Source: Oculina patagonica (lineage: Eukaryota). Taken from it: a stretch of DNA of 64,000 bases. Positions 50,931 to 63,902 of the stretch are shown piece by piece (within the stretch, counting starts at the first letter, position 1; each line of letters begins with the position of its first letter). Both the position numbers and the translations under genes were made by a program. The notes under the pieces are model-generated. The model was not told the DNA's origin, ran no database searches, and was given only the letters and a program-made list of their open reading frames with translations. The stretch covers positions 1 to 64,000 of the forward strand of contig NW_027557518.1 in NCBI RefSeq assembly GCF_052425735.1. Direction: 5' to 3'.

Positions 50931-53900
50931 CATTCATTCATTGTTTGATTGATAGGAAGTTATTGCGTACGCTCTTTGGCCCCGTCACGCATTCGTCTCC
51001 CAATAACCTTACCTCATGAGCATAGTTACTTACCTCAAAACATCGACCTTTCTTTTTGCAGATGGAGACTTCAGAGAGCGTTTTATCACCGCGAGGGAGT
51101 GGGACCAAAAGGATGTGCAGGGATCGGGTTACAGGACACCTTTGCTCTGTGGACATGTCTATCGTCGACAAACCAAGGGATTCCAGAGGAGGAGAAACCC
51201 TTGACACTTGCAGATCTGAAAGGCATGAAGCCTGAATACTTGGCCAACATTGTGGTCAATCGCTGGAAGAAAAGCAAATTGTCCCAGCACAGCTATGAGC
51301 TTCTGACAATGTCTCCTACAGGAATTGAGCGTATAGATCGCGACCCAAACAACAAACAGTTTAAAGGCAAACTGGAACCGGAGGATGTGAAGTTATCAGA
51401 TGCTATGGCCACCTCGGCGGCGGCGCTTTCTACTCACATGGGCAAATATGATTACACGGTTAAAGGGCTGACTCGTCTCCATACGATTCTTGGACTCGAA
51501 ATGGGTGCCACCACGATAAGCGACATTAAATCAGTGAGAAGGGAAAGTTGCACATTGAGGGTATGTTAGCCTGCTTAACGTATGTAATACGCACTAGTTC
51601 TTCCCACGGGCGAGCGGGTTGCGTGTCCATTAAATGTTATTCGGTAATTAACGCCATGAAATTTCGTGCCAAATCCGGTTAGCGAAAATGGAAAGACAGG
51701 TCGACATTTGGTCCTACACAGAGCTTTTAACATTAATAAAGTTTTAACAAGCCAAGCTCTATCAAAGAGAGAGTACAACTTTTCCTGGAAATACTTTACT
51801 TGCAGGATTGTATTTTTGCTGCCGGGGTTAGATGCTAAAAGGACGTGCCTAGAACATGGACATAGTTACTTTGTATTTAGATTTATCGGTCCATATATAT
51901 TAAAGATGCAAAAGAGACCTTACTTATTGTCATACATTAGGAAATATGTTCAGCTCTAGACAGCATTTAGTCCACAAAACCCTCATATGCTTTGCTTCCA
52001 GCTCTAAGCTGTTTTCGTTTTAATTTCTAGAGTAATTGGTACCCAGCCTGATAATTCTAAGTTGTTCCATGATTAATCATTCTATTTCTTTTAATTGCTA
52101 ATTCACAGATATTCCTTCCATGTGTTGTGGATGTTCTGCGTTGTCTGCCATTAATAGTTGTACCGGCCCTTTACCATGGTTCAGAACCATCCGTTAAAAT
52201 AGGAGTAATAATCTTCTTCGCTGTACATCTTGCACTGGTCTTCATCGCCCTCATTGACACAGGAGCGGAACAACCAGGATTGTTGGAGAAAGTAGCCAGG
52301 TAAGGGTAAAATAAAAACAATTACTGTAATCACGATTTCTCGCGCCCTCGAGTTTTCGAACCTGCTGATAATTTGAAAAAAAAAGTTTCCCTTGGATTTG
52401 CTTCAATAAGTCCCCGGGGGGGGGGGGGGGAGTACTTGCAGTATACATGACGGGGGAGTCCGACGGAGCTTTATATTGCGAACCCAAAAAAATACCTGAC
52501 ATCAAAATTTTCTACCCCAAAAAGTATAAGACCTAGCACCTCTATACTAATTTATTCAATAAAACAGACTTTAAGATCTAAAAAAATATATGAAAGATTT
52601 CTTGACCCAAAAAAATACCGAGGGTGTAAATTTTCAACCGAAAAAATACGTCGGACCTTCCCGTCATGTATACTGCAAGTACCCTCCCCCCCCCCCCCCC
52701 TGGGAATAAGTCAAACACTGCAATTCTTCCTCCGATTTCTCGAATCAATTTTCGGTTTTCTTGGAGGTTTGAGAAATAGGGACTTCACTCTAAAGCACTA
52801 AAACGAATGCACATTGAGAAACAAACATCTATTGTACCTGCCTGTCACGCCCTCAGTCCCTCCCCTGCTCGAGAGCAACTTCGTTTCCAGGGTACCTTAG
52901 TCTAATCCCTGAACTCTTCTTCCCCGCCTTATAAAGGGGTTAAACCCACCTGATTTCAACCTCTATAGAGACTATATAGGGCGGGAAAGGAACAGGGACT
53001 GGACTACGGGGTCATAGGAACGAGGTTGGCTCAAACGACAGATTCGCGCGGAAAAATTCCACACTGGTAAAGAAAAACGACATGTGCACTACACTATTAT
53101 GGGTCAAAATAAGTTATTCGTGTATTTTATTTTTTTAGGTGGTTTATCGTACACATTTCTTTCGTCTACTTTGTGAGAGAAATGTTTTCCAAGGAAAACA
53201 CTGGCCCAATGCCGCCACCTATACTGCTTCTTAGCGATGGAGGCCATATTGAAAACCTTGCTATTTTACCGCTGTTAAAGAGAAGGCTTCGAAGGATGGT
53301 TGTTGTTGATGGTGGTTATAAGCATGACGACCAATACTACGGAGACAGCCTTTTGAATGCACTGATGCTTGCTCGTACCAAGCTTAACTGTTCTTTTATA
53401 AGTGAAGACGGCCAAGACGTTATTTCCGACCTCTTGGAGACGTTTGTGAGACCAAAGACAGGAGAAAAGTCACATTATTATAAGTTTGTAGTTCTTTTCT
53501 TTGCTTGGGTGATTTTACAGTCTATACAACATCTCAAGTATAATTATTTAAATGAGAAATTGAAAGTAGTATTAAGGTGTACGGTAGGTACAAGGATTCT
53601 GAAACTGTCGCACCTCTTTTCTGATGATACACTTCTATGAGACTAATTTCATGTTCCCGCTCAGGGTTTGGGGATAGGGTGGTACGGGATGGAATATAGA
53701 AGAAATGCCAAAATGGACCCCAAGAAATTAAAGGTTGCCACGCCCGTTTACGAGAAGTATCCGCGTGGCTAAATGGAGTTTACAGGCTACAATCACCAGA
53801 AAATATCAACCTACAGTTAGGGAGATTATCCACTTATAGAAAGTATCCTACTTAAACTCTATGTACAGGCACTAAACCCGGCTTCAACTTCCAAGACTGA

Positions 53901-54649
53901 CTAAGGTCTCTTGACAGAATTCTGTTTTCTATGATTTTTGTTCAATGAACCGGTGGGAAAATGTTGAAACGAAAATTACAATTTTGCACTATATGACCCC
54001 ATTCGTTGAAAAAAAAATAATATTTCCGGGTGAGGCTCAACGAGATTTAATACTTAACAGTACAGGCAGCAGCAATGGGATGTAGAAAGCTGGAAAAGAA
54101 AACAAGTAACATACACGTTTTCTTTGCTTGCCAACCAGCTTAAATGCTCTCCGATATAACTGCAGAGTACCAATAATTTTGGTCTTAAAACTAAACCCTT
54201 GTTAATGTTCCTTTTGTTGCTATTTCAGATTCAAGGTTCGTTACCAAAGCGATGAATTTGGTGAAGAAGGCGAAGGAGAAATTCTACTTATCGTACCAAG
54301 AGATCCGCAACGTCACGGTGGCGTCGGTGACAGAATGGATGGAAATCGTTCGACCAATTTGTATCCTTTCGACGCACCCGACGGCGTGTTTTTCACACAA
54401 GATGACGTCAATAACTTGACTCTCTGTTGCTGCGAGTGCTGTCACCGACAAGCTTGCCAGGGGTTGTCCAAGATATGTTGTAACGTCTTTCCTCAGCACA
54501 GCACTGCCAATCAGTTCTTCACATCCCGGATGTTCTCGGCGTATCACTGTGAGGGCTACTGTGCATGCGTAGATGCCAATGCTGTTGCCTTTATAAAAGA
54601 TGGTGAAAGAGAAGAGGAGCAAAATTATTATGTTAATATTAATGTGTGA
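49057..54649 (+). CDS. Lipase B: multi-pass membrane patatin/cPLA2-like phospholipase, 814 aa; join(49057..50045,51062..51560,52109..52299,53139..53483,54229..54649)
   Basis: GT-AG introns with phases 2,0,2,2 and a 2445-nt open frame. Same catalytic motifs and intron positions as lipase A. Confidence 0.92.
50848..50940 (+). repeat. (GATT)n microsatellite
   Basis: About 20 imperfect GATT units. Confidence 0.95.
52413..52704. mobile_element. MITE, 292 bp, 8-bp TSD AATAAGTC
   Basis: TIR CCCG(n)AGTACTTGCAGTATACATGACGGG. Exact TSD at 52405-52412 and 52705-52712. Confidence 0.9.
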
Positions 54650-54880
54650 CAGAAATAACCCGGTAGAAAGAGTGTACGCGCATCATGTGATGTCGCCTGT
54701 GAACCTTGCCAAGTGTTTCATAACAGTGCAAAAAGAAAGAAGGAGGTCAAGATTCGGGAAGATTGCGAAAAACGAGTTGAAAAAATATTGGGCCAACTTT
54801 CCAATACACCCTATTCGTGACGGAGCACCTTTAATTATTTTTCAAATATTTATCTAGTCAGTTTTCTGAAAGTACTTTAA

Positions 54881-55502
54881 AGGGACTGTGTCACGCCCGA
54901 GTTACATTTATTTTATTACGTTTTGCTTAATACCCGCTGTGAAATTTTATATTTGTAAAGAAATTACTTCTTTGGATCTAAATGACAAAACCTTAGGGAC
55001 GGACCATTATTTTTTTGGAGGGGGGGATGAAAAATATTGAAAAAAATTGTTTGCAGGGCCTGGAAAGACAAAATAAATTGTTTGCAAAAACGATATGTAT
55101 AATAAAAAATAGTAAGAATTTCGAAAAAAAAAATGTTTGCAGAGGTGCATAAACTAAAAAAAAAAGTTTGCAGACGAAAATTTTTCATCCCCCCCTCCCA
55201 AGAAAATAATGATCCGTCCCTTAGCTTTATTACAACCAAATGTTTCTCCGGGGCGTTATAATTTAAAGATACAAGCAAACGACAATAACTTTGAAAACTG
55301 TTCAGCCCAACAATATTTCAAAAACCCATATCGCATCCGTATCAATTTTCTTCAGTTTTGAACATCGTACCTTCTTTTGTGTTTGCTGTGTTATTGAAAT
55401 GTTCCTTCACTATTTTAAGGGTTATTTTTATATTTTTTTCTAAATTTAATGGCCATCAGTCCCATGCCTTAACTTTTTTAAAAAGTCCGTGACACAGTCC
55501 CT
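54881..55502. mobile_element. Kolobok-like MITE with TTAA TSD
   Basis: Perfect 15-bp TIR AGGGACTGTGTCACG with TTAA on both sides. Absent from the paralogous 3' flanks. Confidence 0.88.
54996..55220. mobile_element. Nested PIF/Harbinger (Tourist-like) MITE with TTA TSD
   Basis: TIRs GGGACGGACCATTATTTT / AAAATAATGATCCGTCCC flanked by TTA. Confidence 0.85.
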
Positions 55503-56214
55503 TTAAGTTGTTCTGTTTTTTTTTCGTATTTTAGTGTTGGTTATTTCGGTTAAACGGAAGGTAAACCTAAAGGAATTAAGATCCTTGAACAAAAGTTATC
55601 AACGTACGTCAAATTAATGTTCTTCAACTTTGTTTTAATAATAATAATTTTGACATGTGTGCCGCTCAGAGGTAATATTTACATGAGGCGTCACCTGGTT
55701 CGTAAAACATCTGTCTCGTTCATTTAAACCGTTCACATTTATCCTTCGCTTTTACAGTTAAAACATCATCACTATCAACTTGTAGCCTGAACAAACATAG
55801 AGAAAATTATTAACCGAAATGTTTTGAGCTAAATTTATAAATGTGTTTTGGAAGAGAGCGTCAATGTGACCCAATGTGATTGGCTGGCGACTAGAACACT
55901 TCCAGTTCGGTTTTTCCTTTTCAGAATTCAATTCAGAGAAGGACTAGTATATATCTCGTATCCTACTGGAACACCCTTTCTCAAACTGGGATCTCTTAGT
56001 ATTGCATGTCAATTTGCTGTCAATATCACTGGAAAAGTTGAAAATTTACATGCACATGTAAATTACAATTTACAAGATGTAAATCTTATTTACATTCTTT
56101 GTAAATTAAAATTTACATGTTGGAGTTTTGTAAAACAAAATTTACATGAAATTTACAGTCTTCAACGGATCATGTAAATGTATTGTAAAAAGTGATTTAC
56201 ATGGTCCTTTATTA

Positions 56215-56556
56215 GAGGGTCTCAATGGGGTGGGGGCTTTTACGGTTAACGGTTAAAATTTTGGCCTTTTTACGGCTAACGGTTAATTTATTTCCATTAC
56301 GGTTAACAGAAGTTAAAAGTTAATTTTCATTGTTTTTAATAGTTAAAAATCAATTTCCATTATTGAAAAACATATTTTAGGTCTTTGGACCATTTTTGGG
56401 ACGATGAAGTGAACTAGTTTGGGTTATTTATAATCACTGACCGATTTTTACGGTTAACACATTTTACAGCTAACGGTTAAAATTTTCCATTTTTTACGCC
56501 TAACGGCTAAATTTTTGGCCGTTTTACGGCTAACGGTTAACCCCATTGAGACCCTC
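56215..56556. mobile_element. MITE with TIR GAGGGTCTCAATGGGGT and 7-8-bp TSD (C)TTTATTA
   Basis: Perfect terminal repeat with internal ACGG(T/C)TA repeats. Confidence 0.85.
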
Positions 56557-56673
56557 TTTATTACAACGCTAATTGTAAGAACATGTAAAAAACATGTCAA
56601 ATGTATTAACCACTTTTACAGTTTCTTTCTTTGTAAAAAACATGTAAATGTCTTTACTAAATCATGTAAAGAA

Positions 56674-57062
56674 CATGGAAAATTGACAAAGGGGCGCCGT
56701 TCGGAAACATGTAAAAACCATGGAAATTGACAAAGGGGGCCTGGTTGGAAACATGTAAAAACCATGGAAATTGACAAAGGGGGCCTGTTTGGAAACATGT
56801 AAAAACCATGGAAATTAACAAAGGGGGCCTGTTTGGAAACATGTAAAAAACATGGAAATTGACAAAGGGGGCCTGTTTGGAAACATGTAAATGCCCTGGA
56901 AATCGACAAAGGGGGCCTGTTTGGAAACATGTAAAAAACATGGAAATTGACAAAGGGGGCCTGTTTGGAAACATGTAAATACCCTGGAAATCGGCAAAGG
57001 GGGCCTGTTTGGAAACATGTAAATACCCTGGAAATTGACAAAGGGGGCTGTTTGAAAACATG
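56674..57062 (+). repeat. Minisatellite, ~9 copies of a 44-bp unit
   Basis: Unit CATGGAAATTGACAAAGGGGGCCTGTTTGGAAACATGTAAAAAC starts at 56719, 56763, 56807, 56851 and onward. It probably sits inside a decayed element at ~56027-57113. Confidence 0.95.
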
Positions 57063-59682
57063 TGAACATGAGCTTTTAATTCATGTTGTAACCCACCAAA
57101 TAACTTTCGCGTGCATTCATTAGTTAGACAGAACGCATCACGTGGTACGAAATCAAACGACGAAGAAGAAATCGGAGGGATTTAAGAAAGTATAAAATAA
57201 ATATTTCCCCTTCCGGCTTGCTGGAGGATAATACTCCTTGCCTGAAAGATTATCCTCAAAATTTCACAGTTGCCTTTGAAGCTTAGTCAACTGTTCATTT
57301 TTTCAGCCAAGGGCATTATCCTCCAATATGCAACCGCCTGAATGGGTTTTTTTTATTTACTAATTATCTAGATGAACGAAGCGCAAGACGAAATTAAGCG
57401 ACTGATATCAGTTTTAACATAACTTATTACAAAAGCTCTTAGTTACAAATCTTTTACTAATGTCAAAAGTAAACAGATTATAAATAAAAACCTTTTGATG
57501 CAGAAAACGAAGGCGACTATGACTTCGTCTAACAATATTTTAAACAATCTGGAGCAGTGGAGGTAAAACGCTAGCGTCCAACAGTTTGGCTTATATATTT
57601 TTCGAGACATGCGTTTTGGTTTTCTTTATATGTAATTGTTGTTGTTGTCTACGCGTGGCACTATTTTCTCGAGCAGACTGTAATCGAATATTTCTCTCCT
57701 CCTCCGATTCTAATTGTAAGCGCACAAGGATTCAGTGCATTGACACCTTCGGGCAACGCCGCGAAATTAATAAAAGAACTATTGTTTCCTTTAAACAAGT
57801 AGGCAAGGTTTGTACACAACTATTTCAATGCACGGTTTGTTGTCCATTTTTTTGGCCTCTTTATTCGGCTTTCAACCCATGCCTTTTTTTCGGGCAATAA
57901 GGTCTCCGCCCCCCCAGGTCCGAAGGTGCCCGTACGCCTATGTGCGGGGGGATGCAACGCGTGTGAAGTCAAGAAATGCTGATAATTGAAGTCTGCCTAA
58001 TCGGGTGTAAACAAATACGTGTACGTAAAAGCTACCATATATAGCTCAGGAACGTGTACGACGAAAATCAGGCCCAGGGGTGGTCCATCAGGTGTCCATG
58101 GACTGGGTCCTCAGGGGTGACCCGTGGAGCTGGTATATGAGGTGGTCCATTGTCCAGGTCCACAAAGGTATCGTTCATGGACCAGGTCTATAGGGTGGTC
58201 TATTGACCGGGTCCACGGTCCATGAGGTGTCCGTGGACCGGGTCCACAGAAGTGGTCCATGAAGCTGGGTACTTGTTAGGTATACTTCCTTTCCATTTGG
58301 TCGTTGGCAATCGGTTGGGAACGTGAGGTATAATTCAAAAGCTGGACCCACTTTAAGCAAGTTAACATTATCATTTGATGCATACACTATTTGATGCTAA
58401 AAACTACACTGATGGTCAGTGTTCAATATGATTATATGAAAATTAAACAACACAGTTAAATTATTAGTGAACTATTTCACGACTGTACTGAAGACCGGAC
58501 CTCTTCCATAAACTTGTTGAACATTTTAAGATTTGCCCATAACTGAACCAGTTCATAAATATTAACACACAGTTATTGATCACGTTTAAAATTAATTATT
58601 GAAATACGGATTATATGCAATAGACGACACATACATTTGTTTTCAGCGAGACGCACGTTGATCACCTTTCGCTCGATCCCACGTTTTACCTTAGTAGTAT
58701 GTCGGGCGAGTATGTGTTCCTACTCTAATTTCTGATTGGTCAGTTCCTGAACTTTATAGTTAAAGGCGTGCCATCATCACGATTAAAAAATTACAAAAAA
58801 TTTTAAAACGCTTACAGAAAAAAGTGAAAGACCTGTTATTGTACAAGTTGATCAGTAAAAAAATGCAGCTATAGAACTGTCCGTTTTGATAACTGTATAC
58901 AATTAGGTTCTTCGCCAAAGCAGATTGACGTTTTAATTAAATGTCTCCCTTAAAATGTCAGTGTTGTTTGTTTTTGTTTTTTGCAAAAATAATCAGCTAT
59001 AACATAATCCTATTAACCGGAAAGTTATATTTAAGTCGTGCGCGGTTTAAATCCGGTCGTTATAATATGACCGGGGGACAAAGTGTCTAGTCCAAAGACA
59101 TTCAAAAGAGAAATATCACAAATACTAATGGGTCCTAATGGAAAATTCACAGTTAAAAACATCAGAACTACTTATTGTAAATTGTTCTTGAGTAGGTTGA
59201 GGAATACAATGTTTATATGGCTTGGCTCCACGTCAACTCACCGCATACAGAGAATTAGGAGCAATTATACCTGATTATGCGGATTAACCCAAGCACGTTT
59301 ATTATAGGTTTTTTGCTTTTGGTGGGCTTCCCTGCTTCCTAAAGTTGCCCTGCCTTTTGACCTTCCATGTTCTTTAACGCCCTGCGTTTTTCAACTTCCT
59401 TTGCGCCTTCTGGCACAGCGTAACCTTTAAAGTCGTCCTTCTTGCAGCTTCCCAGCTGTCAGGCCCATGCATGAGTATCGCTTTTAAATAAAACAATTCC
59501 CTTATCATTCATTTCCTTTGTTTATAAAAGGCACCCAGCCGGCTTTCATACATTAACGCAACCTTTAAAAAAAACCTGGCCCCGGATGCCGCCTCGTCAT
59601 CTCACTGGTAACTCGTTAAATAAAAAGTCTTCCTGTCATGTAAAATTGATGCATTTACGAGCTAACCTCTTGTCAAGGAAAG

Positions 59683-60612
59683 ATGTCTAACTTCACTAGA
59701 AATGAAAAAACCCTTGAAGAATCTGTATGTTCTACAAATCCAGACGATAAGCCTGCAGTGATATTTCTTTCAGCATTCAACTTCCTTTTTTCTATCGTTG
59801 CTTCCATTGGCAATATTTTGATTCTGATTGCCCTTCAAAAGCCGTCGACTTCTCTCCATCCTCCATCGAAAGTTCTGCTACGTTGTCTAGCTACATCGGA
59901 TCTCTGTGTTGGCATCATTTTACAACCACTGGTTGCCATCGTGTTTGTTTCTGTTGCAAACGAAAATTGGACTCTGTGTGGCCCCATCTTGGGCATAAGC
60001 TATCTGCTAGGTGTAGTTCTTTTCGGGGTCTCTCTGTTGACATTAACGGCAGTGAGTGTCGAAAGGCTTCTCGCTTTGTTGTTGGGGTTACGTTTTCGAC
60101 AGGTTGTAACTGTTAGGAGAACTGTTGCTGTTACAGTTTGTTTTTGGGTCATAAATTTTGCTATCGCTGCCTGGTGTGTTTGGAATTATCTTGTCTTTCT
60201 GTGGTACGGATGTGTGCTGATACTTATATGTGTATTGACCGCTACCTTCACTTACACCAAAATTTATGCCGATCTTCGCCATCACCAAACAGGAGTGCAA
60301 GATCAACCTTTCCAAGCACAACAAAACCAAGGTGAAACTCCACTGAACATTGCTCGATACAGAAAGACCCTTTCTAGTTCGCTGTGGATACAGTTTACAT
60401 TACTGGCGTGTTACCTTCCGTATTGTGTTGTAACAGCATTAGCAACCTTCACCGGTTTAACGCCGCCTCTTGTCCTAGGCTGGAGATTGACAGCATCTGT
60501 TGTCTTCCTCAACTCGTCATTAAACCCTTTCCTTTACTGTTGGAAGATCGCAGAAGTGAGACAAGCGGTGAAAGACACAGTCAAACAACTGCTCTGTTTT
60601 TCGTCAAGTTAG
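59683..60612 (+). CDS. Class A GPCR copy 5, 309 aa, type A
   Basis: Same motifs. Its upstream region (from ~57960) is homologous to that of copy 1 (from ~5570). Confidence 0.96.
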   Translation: MSNFTRNEKTLEESVCSTNPDDKPAVIFLSAFNFLFSIVASIGNILILIALQKPSTSLHPPSKVLLRCLATSDLCVGIILQPLVAIVFVSVANENWTLCGPILGISYLLGVVLFGVSLLTLTAVSVERLLALLLGLRFRQVVTVRRTVAVTVCFWVINFAIAAWCVWNYLVFLWYGCVLILICVLTATFTYTKIYADLRHHQTGVQDQPFQAQQNQGETPLNIARYRKTLSSSLWIQFTLLACYLPYCVVTALATFTGLTPPLVLGWRLTASVVFLNSSLNPFLYCWKIAEVRQAVKDTVKQLLCFSSS

Positions 60613-62234
60613 ATATCGCAACAATTGACATCGGAAGATCTTCCAAGTACAATTGTGTACGAGAAGAAGTATTTACATGATAAACACGTTAAATATTTTA
60701 CCACTTCGGTGCAAACTCTGAAATAATACTATGCAGAGGAATAATTTTCGAAAAACTGTCGCGTTGGGATCAGGTACGCACTTCAACCAGCAACAACACT
60801 GACAACAGCAAATGAAATGTATTTGGTTGGGAGGTCTGGACATGGGAAAAAGCTAACAACAATCCTCCATTGCGCGCGAGTAATCTACAACGGCTATAAG
60901 TTTTATTTGGATCCCTTTTCCATGAAATAGTTTTAAATTACAATGATCGTCTGTGTAAGTAACGAAACAGCTTTGTTCGTTTTGTGTTCTTTTGAAGAAC
61001 TCAGATTAACATGGTTTTATAAAGCGACTTGTAAAAGGGAACTAGTATACTAGTTTAATTCCGGAGAGAATCGACATTCTTGGGCTAAATGCTGCCATTA
61101 TTCTCTATACTTTAGTTAATAAAATAAAGAAATGCAAATCAGCTTGCATTAAATTTAAATGTATGTCACGTCGCAAAATTTCACTTAAAAATCGTTTTTT
61201 TTTTATACGACTCATTGAGAATATGGAACTCTAGGTTACATCTGTAAGCAATATCATAGGCCAAATGTTTACTATTTCTGATATTCTTGGTTTTCTAGCA
61301 GCGAAACATACGTGAGAATTGAAATTTAAAAATGAGATAAAATCTGATAGAGGATGTTTTCATATTAGTAATATAAATGCTAATCAGACTATGTTAAAAG
61401 CAGATGATGGTTCAAAGAAAAGTAAACTTTTTAATAAGGACCCTTCATGACAGTAAATTGACATGCAATACTAAGAGATCCCATGTTGAGAAAAGGTTTA
61501 CCAATAAGATAAGAGAAAACTCTGAGATGAAATAACTGAACAGGAAATTTTCTAGTCACCAGCCAATCATATTGTTGCTCTCGTCCAAAACACATCTCTA
61601 ATTTTAAATATTTCTGTTACTAATTTTTTCCCCGTGTTTATTCAGGCTATTAGTTTTTTGTCCTAATTTTCTACCTGCAAAAGGATGGAATTAATATGAA
61701 CGGTTTTACTAAACGAAGCAGATGTTTTCCCGCTCTTTGCTCTACCTGTTAAACTGGCAGATGCTTCCAACATGTAAATACTACCTAATATTATCAGAGG
61801 CATATATGTCAAAAGAAAAAGATGAAGGGCATTATGTTTCAAAAGGGAATAATTCGACAAAAATTGAATGAGAGCGTACTAGTTGAAATATTTGTTTTTT
61901 GTTTAAAATCAAAAATTAAAAACCCTTAGTTTTGAATTTTGCTTAACCAAAAATGCCAAAACTAAGAAAAGAAAAATAGGGACGACTAAAAGTACCTTCA
62001 GAAAAAACTATATAATCATTATTTGAAAAATATTCAAAGGCGCATCGCCTTTAATAGCGTAAACTGGAACTTTGGCCGCATTTTTCCAAACCGTCCTTCC
62101 CAATGTGTCACAATCTTCACGAATCTTGACCATCTTTAGCCTGCTACTCTTTGCTAAATTTGTCATAAAACACTTAGCAAGGTTTGCAAACGACATCATT
62201 TTATGCGCGTCTAATCTTTATACGGTAAATACTG

Positions 62235-63902
62235 TCACACAATGTTAACATAATCATTTTGCTCCCTTTCCCTGTCACCATTTCTCAAAAAGCCCGCAGC
62301 ATTGGCATCCAAGCATGCGCGGTAGCCTTCATAGTGATACGCCGAGAACATCCGGGATGTGAAAAATTGATTGGCAGTGCTGTGCTGTGGAAAGACGTTA
62401 CAACATATCTTGGACAAGCCCTGACAACTTTGTCGATGACAGCACTCGCAGCAGCAGAGGGTCAATTTATTGACTTCAGCTTGTGTGAAAAACACGCCGT
62501 CGGGTGCGTCGAGCTTAATCGAACGGTTTCCATCCATTTCGTCCATGACGGCATGTTGCGGATCTCTTGGTACGATAAGTAGAATTTCTCCTTCGCCTTC
62601 TTCACCGAATTCATCGCTTTGGTAACGAACCTTGAATCTGAAAAAGCAACAAGGGAGCATTGACAAACGGGATGATTTTAAGACTAAAATTATTCTGTAC
62701 TCTACATTGCTATGGTAGAGCATCTAAACTGGTTCGCGTGAAAGGAAGTGTGCGTGATACTTATTGAGCTTCACCCAGGAACAAATTTTCTTTACAAATG
62801 GGGTCAAATAACCCAAAACGTAATTTGCCTTTAATCAATTTTCCACCGGCTTATTGCATAGAAATTAGAAATGTGCCATGAGACCACTGTGATTGGTTAT
62901 TATTTTAAAATTAAAACATGAATTAAACAAAATAGTTTGCACAGCTACGGTGACAAACCTGGGAAAAAAAATTCAAAATCATACAATTCACTTAGCTACC
63001 AACAGGCATGCCATGGACATAGCTAGCGCACGATTTAATGAAACCTATTGAGCGGTTTATGTGACATTGGAAGTTTTATTTTTGTGCTGTACAGGGTGGT
63101 TGTAATTTCAGGTCAGTGTGTCACCATTCAAATGATAGATATTGAGCAGTATCTTCATGTTTATTATACTGTACAAGGTGTCTTAGTCACTGGAGATACC
63201 CTAGTGTTTGACCATTCAAATGAAAGCTAATAATCAGTACTGTCAACTGATGAAGTTGGAAGATGAAATTTAGCCCTGAGGGAACCTCTTGTAAACAGAC
63301 GTGGCAACCCTTATTTTCCCGGGGGGGTCCATTTCGGCACGTTTTTCTCAAAAAACACTCCCATTAGCCGTATTATACCCCTGCTACGCTATTCCTAACC
63401 CATAAGCGGGTACTTCAAATTTTTCTTTTACGTGAGATGCGACAGTACCAAAAACCTCCTCTTAATTTACCCCCTAATACTACTTTCAGTTTTTATATAT
63501 AAGTAATCATATTTGAGACGTTGCAAAGTCACCCAAGCGAAGAAAATAACTACAAACTTGTAATAACGCGGCTTTCCTCGCGCCTTTGGTCTCACAAACT
63601 TTTCCAGAAGGTCGAAAATAACGTCTTGGCCGTCTTCACTTAGAAACGAACAGTTAAGCTTGGTACGAGCAAGCATCAGTGCATTCAGAAGGTCGTCTCC
63701 ATAGTATTGGTCGTCATGCTTATAACCGCCATCAACAACAACAATCCTTCGTAGCCTTCTCTTCAACAGCGGTAAAATAGCAAGGTTTTCAATATGGCCT
63801 CCATCGCTAAGAAGCAGTACAGCTGGCGGCATTGGGCCAGTGTTTTCCTTGGAAAACATTTCTCTCACGAAATAGACGAAAGAAACGTGTACGATAAACC
63901 AC
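62235..63902 (-). CDS. Lipase C, last two exons (62235..62637, 63558..63902); 5' part presumably beyond the window
   Basis: Both exons are open with canonical splice sites. Exon 4 is the normal 345 nt with LSDGGHIENL and VVDGG intact. Confidence 0.85.

Noticed and set aside
56674-57062. 44-bp array as a CRISPR array, and the overlapping repetitive ORFs at 56616-57069
   Set aside because: The units are contiguous with no unique spacers, there are no cas genes, and the context is eukaryotic. The ORFs are by-products of the repeat.
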